This document shows positions 1-7,509 of a DNA stretch of 52,257 bases, piece after piece (within the stretch, counting starts at the first letter, position 1; each line of letters begins with the position of its first letter). A program made the position numbers and the translations under genes. The notes beneath the pieces were generated by a model. It was not told the origin of the DNA. It made no database searches and worked only from the letters and a program-made list of their open reading frames with translations. The stretch spans positions 1 to 52,257 of IMG/VR virus record IMGVR_UViG_3300005253_000273; one strand, written 5' to 3'. This DNA is from a virus (Duplodnaviria > Caudoviricetes).

Positions 1-115
1 ACCTTGGATTCCTACTCAGGAGCTGAATTAGCTTCACTCCTAAGACAGAAGTATAAGATTAATGCAGGAGGTAATAAAGATTTACGTCATTGGGCTGGGG
101 CGGTCAGAAACGAGA
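1..115. repeat. Direct terminal repeat/assembly overlap, copy 1 (circular genome)
   Basis: 1-115 is identical to 52143-52257 except G102/A52244, a synonymous GCG/GCA change. Confidence 0.97.
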
Positions 116-426
116 TGGAAATGGTCGTCTTCGCTCGCTTCGGAATGTTCCCAATGAATATTGTAGTAGTCTGCCATGAGAAGATTTATCAGAATGAGAA
201 AACAGGAGAGATCATTCGACAGGCAGACACCTATGGAAATCTTGGCAACACATTCGGTAGAGGCTTCTCAGAAATGTACCGTATGGTTAATATTCCCAAT
301 ATAGGCCGTCAGTTACAAACCCAAAAAGATGCAATGTGGAACGCAAATTCAAAGTATGCTCCAAACCCCTGCGAGCCTAGTTATCAAGCGATAGTCGCTT
401 CAATCACGGAGGCCGAAGATGCCTAA
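1..426 (+). CDS. Sak4/AAA_24-like ATPase, C-terminal part
   Basis: Continuation of the 51774 ORF. IVVVCHE motif typical of AAA_24. Sits between an exonuclease and an SSB-like gene. Confidence 0.8.
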   Translation, partial: TLDSYSGAELASLLRQKYKINAGGNKDLRHWAGAVRNEMEMVVFARFGMFPMNIVVVCHEKIYQNEKTGEIIRQADTYGNLGNTFGRGFSEMYRMVNIPNIGRQLQTQKDAMWNANSKYAPNPCEPSYQAIVASITEAEDA

Positions 427-616
427 TTTCACCCTTAACAATCAAATGTTTTATGTTTCTTGGTCTGAAGTTTTACTTGAGGCAGATTCCGATGAAAGGT
501 TTCATATTGGTAGGGCTTTAGATAGTTTAAATGAATTGAATAAATTGGGAACTGAAATTGTTCATCGAATGATTCGAGAAGACAAAATTGATTTAACCGC
601 CAACCAAGGAGAATAA
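419..616 (+). CDS. hypothetical protein
   Basis: 65 aa ORF coupled to neighbours, GGAGG upstream. Confidence 0.65.
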   Translation: MPNFTLNNQMFYVSWSEVLLEADSDERFHIGRALDSLNELNKLGTEIVHRMIREDKIDLTANQGE

Positions 617-618
617 AA

Positions 619-1245
619 ATGGCAAAAATTGGTACTATTCCGCAAGTTGTAAATGATCCATCAAGCAGCATTGATCCTGGAATTTTCGTCTTTTCTTGTG
701 AATCAATAAAGGAGGGAGATCATAAAGATCAACTTATTTATGATTCAGTGTTCAGAGTTCAAGAACCTATCGCCTATAAAGGACAGGCTCATTTTGAACG
801 CTGGTTCATTGGAACTGATAAAGACCCCGAAGCAATACTTCCTGAAACTTGGACAAGTAAAGCTGGACACATGAAGAAAGCCTGTGATGCTATGGGAGTG
901 CCTTTTCTCGGCCAGAATCCTGATATGATTATTCAGCAAATGGTCGGAAAACTGTTCTGTGCCAAGATTGTTCACAAGCAAACAACAAAAGATGGAGTTA
1001 CTTACACTAATGCTCGTGTTGTACAATATGGACAGCATGGAACCATGACGCCGGAGGTATTCGTGTCAGACAACGGTCAGTCTCCTGTTACGGCTCCAAT
1101 AGCTCCAGCTCCATTGCCTGCTGGAGCACCCGGTGTAGGTACTCCTGTGGCTCCTCAGACGGGCATGCCTGCCAGTCCGGCAGCACTTCAACAGGGAGGT
1201 CAACAGGCACCTCTGGGCCCTCCACTGCCTCCTCAGCACCAATAA
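619..1245 (+). CDS. ssDNA-binding protein-like (DUF669/OB-fold type) with Pro/Ala/Gln-rich tail
   Basis: Follows the Sak4-like gene. Beta-rich core (GIFVFSC...KGQAHFERW...MVGKLFCAKIVH...YTNARV) plus low-complexity tail. AGGAG RBS. Confidence 0.6.
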   Translation: MAKIGTIPQVVNDPSSSIDPGIFVFSCESIKEGDHKDQLIYDSVFRVQEPIAYKGQAHFERWFIGTDKDPEAILPETWTSKAGHMKKACDAMGVPFLGQNPDMIIQQMVGKLFCAKIVHKQTTKDGVTYTNARVVQYGQHGTMTPEVFVSDNGQSPVTAPIAPAPLPAGAPGVGTPVAPQTGMPASPAALQQGGQQAPLGPPLPPQHQ

Positions 1246-1372
1246 CGAGGAGGCCACAGGCAGGAGTTGTCTGGTTGACTTGTGATGTCTGCTCTCAACA
1301 GGTGGATTCAATGCAGTTTGATGAGCATACGAACAGGCATTTGACTGATCCGAAAGATCCATATTTTGTGCA

Positions 1373-1475
1373 GGTGCGGTAGGGGAGGATGCATAGAGGC
1401 GGGCACACGTCTATAGTTCTAGCAGGGCCTCCCCGGAGATGGGATCTCCTACAACCCTGTTAGGATGCTGTACCA
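1373..1475 (+). ncRNA. Structured tRNA-like element A
   Basis: GGTGCGG/CTGTACC-A closing stem; internal GGGGAGG/CCTCCCC and GGAGAT/ATCTCC stems; non-coding. Confidence 0.5.
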
Positions 1476-1487
1476 ATAAATAATGTT

Positions 1488-1560
1488 GGTTGCGTAGTAT
1501 GAGAGTCACAATACGACATGGTCGTTCCTGTTACGCTGGGGTAGTGTCCAGCCGCAAGCC
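1488..1560 (+). ncRNA. Degenerate cloverleaf (tRNA-like) element B
   Basis: GGTTGCG-TA-GTAT/ATAC (D-like), ACA(T)GG/CCTGT (anticodon-like), GCTGG/CCAGC (T-like), CGCAA(G)CC; 73 nt; loops non-canonical. Confidence 0.55.
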
Positions 1561-1574
1561 GCTTAATAAATCAA

Positions 1575-1668
1575 GGCGGGGGTAATTTCACGGCTGGCCC
1601 GGTCGTTAGAAGTATTCAGGTCCCGCCCACTTCGCAGGTGTCAAACACCTGGATACCTCTGGGCAGGA
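1575..1668 (+). ncRNA. Structured element C with alternative pairings
   Basis: GGCGGGG/TCCCGCC, ACGGCTG/CGGTCGT, CAGGTGT/ACACCTG; alternative GTATTCAGGT/ACCTGGATAC. Confidence 0.4.
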
Positions 1669-1672
1669 ATTT

Positions 1673-1787
1673 TCAGACTGTGAGCGGCGTGGTGACTTTA
1701 GAGGGTCGGCCCTCCACGGAATCGCTATAAGGCCAGTTAAGTAAAACAAACCCGGTGACTTCTGGCAAATCCGGCCTCACAGTCTGA
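1673..1787 (+). ncRNA. tRNA-like element D (TCAGACTG scaffold)
   Basis: Perfect 12-bp closing stem TCAGACTGTGAG/CTCACAGTCTGA; T-arm-like CTGG-CAAAT-CCGG next to the 3' strand. Confidence 0.65.
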
Positions 1788-1795
1788 TTTAAATT

Positions 1796-1920
1796 TGAGT
1801 TGTGGCGGCTAATTGAAATGGGCGTGGAGGAAGTGGACCGAAAGGAAAGCATGAGCCCGCAAGATATCCGATTCTAGAGTCTGATATCGGCCGTGAGCGA
1901 ATCTCCTATCCCACAACTCA
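1796..1920 (+). ncRNA. tRNA-like element E (TGAGTTGTGG scaffold)
   Basis: 10-bp closing stem TGAGTTGTGG/CCACAACTCA; GAG-CGAAT-CTC hairpin near the 3' end; internal GATATC..GATATC hairpin. Confidence 0.65.
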
Positions 1921-1945
1921 TTTTCACTTCTAATCGGAGAAAATC

Positions 1946-2158
1946 ATGGGAATGCCCGATCCAAAAGTTAGATGCTTTAAATGTGATATACAAGTTTGGG
2001 AAGCAAATGTTGACCAGTTTGATCGCTGTCCAAACTGTGATAATTCACTATGTTCTTATTGTTGGGAGAAAGAACATATAGTTGATGATTGTTACCGATG
2101 TAATACACCAGACTCAAAAGAAAAGGTTTTGCCTAATACATATAACGGAGTTTGGTAA
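1946..2158 (+). CDS. Cys-rich zinc-finger-like hypothetical protein
   Basis: Four CxxC motifs in 70 aa; GGAG RBS. Confidence 0.7.
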   Translation: MGMPDPKVRCFKCDIQVWEANVDQFDRCPNCDNSLCSYCWEKEHIVDDCYRCNTPDSKEKVLPNTYNGVW

Positions 2159-2171
2159 GACACAAATATTT

Positions 2172-2266
2172 GCCGGGTTCCACAAGATGACCCTTGGTAG
2201 GTACGGCGCGAAGACAATGAGAGTTGGGCTCTCGTAAGACCGTGGGGACAAAACCTGCCACCCGGT
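2172..2266 (+). ncRNA. tRNA-like element F (GCCGGGT scaffold)
   Basis: GCCGGGT/ACCCGGT closing stem stacked on GGTAGGT/ACCTGCC, which encloses ACGG/CCGT and GAGAG/CTCTC stems. Confidence 0.6.
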
Positions 2267-2273
2267 TTCAAAT

Positions 2274-2319
2274 TCAGACTGGTGGAATTACTCAGGTAGG
2301 ACAATCCTGCCCAGTCTGA
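2274..2319 (+). ncRNA. Minimal tRNA-like (minihelix) element G (TCAGACTG scaffold)
   Basis: TCAGACTGG/CCAGTCTGA stacked on GTAGGA-CAA-TCCTGC; TGGTGGAATT resembles the start of a tRNA-Leu D-arm; 46 nt. Confidence 0.65.
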
Positions 2320-2328
2320 TTTAAATTT

Positions 2329-2464
2329 TGAGTTGTGGGCCACATTAGAATATACACGCCTATAATTTGCTCGTCCGGCAGTTAATTGCGAAGAGGTCTT
2401 TAATGCCCGGATACGATATCAGAGAAATAAAAGACCGTTTGTATATTCGCAGGCCCACAACTTA
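2329..2464 (+). ncRNA. tRNA-like element H (TGAGTTGTGG scaffold)
   Basis: 13-bp closing stem TGAGTTGTGGGCC/GGCCCACAACTTA, flanked on both sides by TTTAAATTT. Confidence 0.6.
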
Positions 2465-2486
2465 TTTAAATTTGAAAGGAGATTTC

Positions 2487-2669
2487 ATGAAACAATGCAT
2501 TCTATTATTTATATTCGTATTTACTCTGATTGGATGTGGTGGGAAAAGCGACACACTTGGTCAACCATGTCAGCTTTATCTTCATAGTGAGGGTACTACA
2601 GATGCCCGTGAAGCGGCGTGCGAGAAGTATAACAAGGAATACCAGAAACAGAAACAATTAGCACAGTAA
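2487..2669 (+). CDS. small lipoprotein
   Basis: AAAGGAG RBS; MKQCILLFIFVFTLIG|C lipobox. Confidence 0.75.
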   Translation: MKQCILLFIFVFTLIGCGGKSDTLGQPCQLYLHSEGTTDAREAACEKYNKEYQKQKQLAQ

Positions 2670-2687
2670 AATACATTCAAGTATATT

Positions 2688-2807
2688 GCCGGGTAAAACA
2701 TCATAAGGGTATAGGTTCTTGCTAAACCGTATACCCCAAAAAGATGGGCGGTCCCTATACAATAGGTGAAATAACTGAAGAAGGGTAGTAGCTACCTGCC
2801 ACCCGGC
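2688..2807 (+). ncRNA. tRNA-like element I (GCCGGGT scaffold)
   Basis: GCCGGGT/ACCCGGC; 3' ACCTGCCACCCGG identical to element F; internal GGGTATA/TATACCC hairpin. Confidence 0.6.
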
Positions 2808-2829
2808 TTACTTATTGGAGGATTGAGAG

Positions 2830-3006
2830 ATGAACACTTGCAAGGATTGTAAGTGGTGGAATGACATCCACAAACGCATTAAAGGGGAGTGTTCTGAGAT
2901 AGGACAGAGAGGGTTAATTAGTCATCCTGAAATTCCTTATAAGACTATTTATTCTTATGAAACCTTTAAAGACTTCGGCTGTATCCATTGGGAGAAGAAA
3001 GAATGA
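2830..3006 (+). CDS. small Cys-rich protein (CxxCKWW...C...FGC..WE family)
   Basis: Translated by hand: MNTCKDCKWW...GEC...TFKDFGCIHWEKKE; GGAGG RBS; paralogous to 7242..7475. Confidence 0.7.
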   Translation: MNTCKDCKWWNDIHKRIKGECSEIGQRGLISHPEIPYKTIYSYETFKDFGCIHWEKKE

Positions 3007-3185
3007 GTAATCATGTATGGATAGTTGAATATGGTAGTGGTAAATCTTGGAAGCCCGATCCAAATAAATATGATGAATCTTTGCATCACCCAACAAGGAA
3101 AATAGCACTGGATCACAAAGAATGTAATCACTGTGGCCACCCAAATAATCTCCGTGTCTGCAAATATGTGAGGGAAGAAAGATGA
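3003..3185 (+). CDS. hypothetical protein (CxxC)
   Basis: ATGA-coupled at both ends. Confidence 0.6.
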   Translation: MSNHVWIVEYGSGKSWKPDPNKYDESLHHPTRKIALDHKECNHCGHPNNLRVCKYVREER

Positions 3186-3778
3186 ATGATCGACTGGAAG
3201 AGATTAAGAAACGCTACATTCGGGAAACTATGGATCATGATACTGCATGGCTCATTGCAGAAGTCGAGCGGTTGCGTTGTAAAGTTGTTGGTCATGAGGT
3301 TTGCCAAAAATGGTCAAACAAAGAAATCGAATCCCTGCAATCCCAACTGGCGCAGATGGAAACGGAACGGAATAATTTAAGAAGCGTGGATTTAAGTCAA
3401 CGAGAAGCGTTACAAGAACTCGAAAATAAGCTGGCGGCAGTTGGAGAAGAGTTGGCGGCTTCCCGAGTTGTTATGGACAATCAGCAGACTGCTATTGAAA
3501 AGTGCGACAACAAGCTGGCGGAGGCTGAAGAATTTATTGAAAGTCAAAGTAAGGATATTTGTGGCTATCTAAATAAAATTGCGATGGTGGAGAAGAAGTG
3601 GGATGGCGCGGAGAAGGAAAACGCCAAGCTCGAGGAGCAGGTGGAGGAGTTGGAGAATCCAAGTATAGAAGTAAAATCAATTCAATGTGATAGGTGTGGA
3701 GAAATACTTGTAAATATTCCAAAACTTCAATTACGCCATCAATGCAACGATCCAGCGCAAGGGAGCGGAAGATTATGA
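3182..3778 (+). CDS. coiled-coil protein with C-terminal Zn ribbon
   Basis: DTAWLIAEVERLR phage motif, heptad-rich middle, CDRC..HQC. Confidence 0.75.
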   Translation: MNDRLEEIKKRYIRETMDHDTAWLIAEVERLRCKVVGHEVCQKWSNKEIESLQSQLAQMETERNNLRSVDLSQREALQELENKLAAVGEELAASRVVMDNQQTAIEKCDNKLAEAEEFIESQSKDICGYLNKIAMVEKKWDGAEKENAKLEEQVEELENPSIEVKSIQCDRCGEILVNIPKLQLRHQCNDPAQGSGRL

Positions 3779-4125
3779 CTCCAGAAAAACTAAAACAACT
3801 GGCAGAATCAGCGGCGGAGTTTTTGGGGGCTGATGAGAATAATTGTATCTGGGTGCATGAAGGCGCTTCAATTGAAATAATCCCGGACAATTTATTTGGC
3901 GTAGATAATGACAAAAGGGTTGCCCCATCATACTTCATGCACCTTGGCAAGCAGGAGATGGAGAAGCTGGGGTTTAGTATTCGCTGTGAGCATAGGCTCA
4001 ATTATCAAAGAGTTTTTATTAAGAGGGATGATCTCGAAGAGGATTGGCAACTATCTCCAGTATATGTTGAAGATGAAAATGAATTCATGGCATTCTGGAG
4101 CGCATTACTGGAGGCGGTGAAATGA
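3775..4125 (+). CDS. hypothetical phage protein (ABA-sandwich-like)
   Basis: ATGA overlap; ends SALLEAVK, similar to 4291..4650. Confidence 0.65.
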   Translation: MTPEKLKQLAESAAEFLGADENNCIWVHEGASIEIIPDNLFGVDNDKRVAPSYFMHLGKQEMEKLGFSIRCEHRLNYQRVFIKRDDLEEDWQLSPVYVEDENEFMAFWSALLEAVK

Positions 4126-4289
4126 AAAAACCAACGATTGAAGAGCTTGAAAAGATTTTATCTGATCCTGCTGAAACTATAATTATTTTGCCTAATGGGG
4201 AAGTAAGGACTACTAAGGATAAAAAAGCAAAGAGTGCTAAACCTGAAGTCCTTTCCATTGATGAGGCGTTGAAAAGGAGTACTTATTAA
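4122..4289 (+). CDS. hypothetical protein
   Basis: MKKPTIEELEKIL...; GGAGG RBS and ATGA overlap. Confidence 0.55.
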   Translation: MKKPTIEELEKILSDPAETIIILPNGEVRTTKDKKAKSAKPEVLSIDEALKRSTY

Positions 4290-4290
4290 A

Positions 4291-4650
4291 ATGACTAACG
4301 AACAATGTATAGCCGTGGCGGAGAAAGTTTGGTGGTGGGAATTTGATAAAGCTCGGGCTCTTCACACAGACGGGTTAGTTTTACTACAGCGCACAGATGT
4401 TGATGAGCAAGTTGGATTAATAGGTTTAAGAATGGATATAGAATCCTGGCAAGGCTTCGGTAGGACGTTGGAGGCTATGGAAGCAAGGGGATTTGACCTC
4501 GGTATTAATTATGAACCTTTTTTATGTTTTATTAAAGGTGACATCAGTATAGAGATTATTTGGGGCCACAAGATGATTAAACTGATCGAAGCAACTCACC
4601 TCGCCGCCCTGGAAGCTGTGAGGAAGGAGAAGGAAGATGCGGAAGTGTAA
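4291..4650 (+). CDS. hypothetical phage protein (ABA-sandwich-like)
   Basis: AVAEKV.W N-terminus, HLAALEAV C-terminus; AGGAG RBS. Confidence 0.7.
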   Translation: MTNEQCIAVAEKVWWWEFDKARALHTDGLVLLQRTDVDEQVGLIGLRMDIESWQGFGRTLEAMEARGFDLGINYEPFLCFIKGDISIEIIWGHKMIKLIEATHLAALEAVRKEKEDAEV

Positions 4651-5301
4651 ACATAGAAACTACGAGTATCTTGCCATTAAGAGCACTTGTCATTCAGTTA
4701 AGTATTGTAATGATTGCGGTGGATTAAAGTGGTCGTTTAGGAGTCGCTGGTTATTGCCTAAACGCCATCTCAAGATTATGGAGGGGAAGTAGGTTGGGAA
4801 TATTTCGTAAGATTATAGCCACTTTTATTTATTTACCGATCTGCCTATTCGGTGAATTTTTAGACGGGTTGAATTGTATATGGAGAGAAAAATGACCAAC
4901 AACGAAATCATCCATGCCGCTGTCATTGCGGCTACGAAGTATTGGGAGGAGAAGTTGTGATGAAATTATTGTGTTGACTGGGTTTTCATAACTGGGATAA
5001 ATATGGGAGGGTATGAGAAACGCAATAGGAAGACTTAAATGCTTTTTTGGACGCCATGAATACCCCAATGAGTGGCTACGTTATACAAGCAACATTAGAG
5101 CTTGGCATAAAGACTGCATCTATTGTCGGCATAAAGGAAGGATATGGAAATTCGGGTGTAAATTAAAATAGCTTATGAAACCTACGAGGAAGTGATGAAA
5201 CATTTTGTTAGAAAACTCTGTAAAAAACATGCTTATGCATATATGTACGGACGAAGGCTGTTTGTGGATAGAGTCTGTTTCTTTTTCTGTTGGAGGTGTC
5301 A

Positions 5302-7233
5302 ATGATCCAATCCAACAAACAAGTCCCAGACTGGGGTGATGCTTCATCCCGCTTCATCCTCATTGGAGAGGCTCCAGGCCAAGAGGAGGAACACCGGGGA
5401 CAGCCTTTTGTAGGAGCTTCAGGACTCAAGCTCAATGAATGGTGGGCCAGAGCAGGACTTCATCGGGGAATGTTTTATATTACAAATGTTCTTCCCTTTC
5501 GGCCTTGGAATAATGATATCTCTAAGGTTCCTCAAGAAGAACTTGATTACTGGTCGGAGCATCTCAGGAAAAAGATTAGTGGTCTGCCTGATCCTTTCAT
5601 CCTGATCCCAACAGGGAAGACAGCTCTTAGGGCTCTTCTCGGAAAAGATAATATCTCAGACCTTAGAGGATCTATACTATCTTACGAAGATGGTCATCGG
5701 ACAATCAAGATGATTCCAACTATTCATCCAGCAGCAACTTTTAGGACTAAGAAGAAGAAGTTTGAAGCCAGATGTATTTATGACTGGATGCGGATTGCAT
5801 ATGAGGGGCAGTTTCAGGAAATTAAGTTACCGAAGCGTGAACATTACACAGCACCTACCGATGCAGATTGTGCGGGTTATGCAGCATCCATTTTGGCGGA
5901 GCCTAATAAGCCGTTAGCAGTAGATATTGAGACTCATCCACAGGAAGGAATTACTTGTGTGGGATTTGCTTGGTCTAAAGATTATTCATTCACAATCCCC
6001 CTCGGAATCAGGCGTCAAATCCACCTCACCGGAAATAAACCCAAGGAAGCTAGAGAACGGGAAACAAAGAAAGCCAATGACCGTATCTCCAAAGCAGTAT
6101 TCCACAAGGAACACCCTCTTGAAAGTTACCACACAAAGAAGAGAGAATTGAATGCAATTGAGAAGTGGAGAACTCAAAAGAACCCTCTTAAGACGATTTG
6201 TAGGATTGTAGAAGAATACGAACTGGAACATAAATTACCTTCAGAACCTTGGAAATCAGATTCGGGATACTTTATTACGGTTGGTTACTGGGAAACAGAG
6301 GAGCAGAATGAAAAAGCAAAAGAGATTATCAAATCGCTCATTGAAGGAGACAATCCACTCATTTTCCACCATGGATTCTATGACACTTATTGGCTTACAG
6401 ATAAGGTTTACTGGCTTAAAGAATTTATTGGATGTGAAATAAAGAATTGGTACTGGGATACCTTGGCTATGCACCATTGTCTTGTCCCCAATGAGGAACA
6501 CACACTTGACTTTCTCGCCTCTGTCTATACCTCAGAACCATTCTGGAAAAAAGAAACCAAGGAAGCAGAAGCCAGTGGGAAGTATTACAAAAAGCAGGAA
6601 GTTCTTTGGAGGTATAACGGAAAGGATGTAGCTGTCACTTTTGAGTTGTATGAGAAGTTCCTGAAGATGCTCCAGGATTCTGGAAGGATGGATTTCTATT
6701 GGAAGCATTATTACAACTTGTTTGAGCCTCTTCTAGAGCTGTCGCTAACTGGAATCAAAGCTGATACTGAGAAGAGGGATCAGAGACGGGTGGAGTTTCG
6801 AGAAGAGCTTAATAATTTATTCATCGAGATCGAGAAGCAGGCAGGAAAGGCTCTTCATGGAAAGATTGCCCTCTCTACAAAGAAAGTCCAGGAGTACCTC
6901 TATGAAGACTTGAAGCTTCCCAAACAGAAACGCTATCGGCCGGATAAAAAGGAAAAGACTTCTACAGCTGATGAGCTGGCAATCAGGACTTTGATGCTAA
7001 GGTTTCCTGAAAAGTTAAATGTGGTAGGAGAGAAGATTCTCAGGTGTCAGAGATTGAATAAGTTATTAGGGTATCTCAAAGAAGCAAAACTTGATCCTGA
7101 TGGAAGATTAAGGAGTCAATACAAATTTAATACAACTACAGGCCGTTTAGCTTCTGGCTCTAATCCCTATGGAAGTGGCGACAATGCCCAGAACCAGGAC
7201 TTGGAATTGAGGGATATTTATGTTGCGGGATAG
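5302..7233 (+). CDS. polA: Family A DNA polymerase N-terminal subunit: family-4 uracil-DNA glycosylase + 3'-5' exonuclease + thumb/palm start
   Basis: UDG motifs IGEAPG..E...G.PFVG.SG, YITNV, TIHPAA. Exo motifs DIET, FYD, YNGKD. Pol motifs TTTGRLAS, NAQN, RDIYVA. GGAGG RBS before ATG 5302. Confidence 0.92.
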   Translation: MIQSNKQVPDWGDASSRFILIGEAPGQEEEHRGQPFVGASGLKLNEWWARAGLHRGMFYITNVLPFRPWNNDISKVPQEELDYWSEHLRKKISGLPDPFILIPTGKTALRALLGKDNISDLRGSILSYEDGHRTIKMIPTIHPAATFRTKKKKFEARCIYDWMRIAYEGQFQEIKLPKREHYTAPTDADCAGYAASILAEPNKPLAVDIETHPQEGITCVGFAWSKDYSFTIPLGIRRQIHLTGNKPKEARERETKKANDRISKAVFHKEHPLESYHTKKRELNAIEKWRTQKNPLKTICRIVEEYELEHKLPSEPWKSDSGYFITVGYWETEEQNEKAKEIIKSLIEGDNPLIFHHGFYDTYWLTDKVYWLKEFIGCEIKNWYWDTLAMHHCLVPNEEHTLDFLASVYTSEPFWKKETKEAEASGKYYKKQEVLWRYNGKDVAVTFELYEKFLKMLQDSGRMDFYWKHYYNLFEPLLELSLTGIKADTEKRDQRRVEFREELNNLFIEIEKQAGKALHGKIALSTKKVQEYLYEDLKLPKQKRYRPDKKEKTSTADELAIRTLMLRFPEKLNVVGEKILRCQRLNKLLGYLKEAKLDPDGRLRSQYKFNTTTGRLASGSNPYGSGDNAQNQDLELRDIYVAG

Positions 7234-7241
7234 GAGGACGA

Positions 7242-7475
7242 ATGTATAAAAATTTTGGGATTAGGATTAAAAAAGGCTCATCAGAAGTCACTTTTGAGAA
7301 TTGTATCATTGCTTGTTGTGGTACATGTAAGTGGTGGGCACCTTGGAGTGAGGAAGATAACTGTGATGATGGTTATTGTGAAGAAGAAACAGCCTCATTA
7401 ACAGTTAAAGTAACTGGGCCTCAATTTGGTTGTAATTATTGGGAGTCTAAGGAGTCTACAGATGTTGCTGGATAG
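7242..7475 (+). CDS. Cys-rich hypothetical protein inserted within the split polA locus
   Basis: CCGTCKWW...GYC...FGCNYWE; AGGAGG RBS. Confidence 0.7.
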   Translation: MYKNFGIRIKKGSSEVTFENCIIACCGTCKWWAPWSEEDNCDDGYCEEETASLTVKVTGPQFGCNYWESKESTDVAG

Positions 7476-7509
7476 ACAAAAATAATAATCCACCTAACGA
7501 GGAATAGTC

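Noticed and set aside
1612-1668. HDV-like/theta ribozyme (CAC-TTCGCAG-GTG resembles P3/L3)
   Set aside because: The strand following the putative P3 has no upstream P1 partner in the required order, and no P1.1/P4 could be placed
2367-2486. N-terminal extension of the lipoprotein ORF from TTG 2367
   Set aside because: Overlaps structured element H; the RBS and signal peptide point to ATG 2487
1373-2807. Canonical tRNA genes or a CRISPR array
   Set aside because: No element has a TTC T-loop with a 7-nt anticodon loop. Repeats are paired inverted ends of three kinds with irregular spacing, and no cas operon is present
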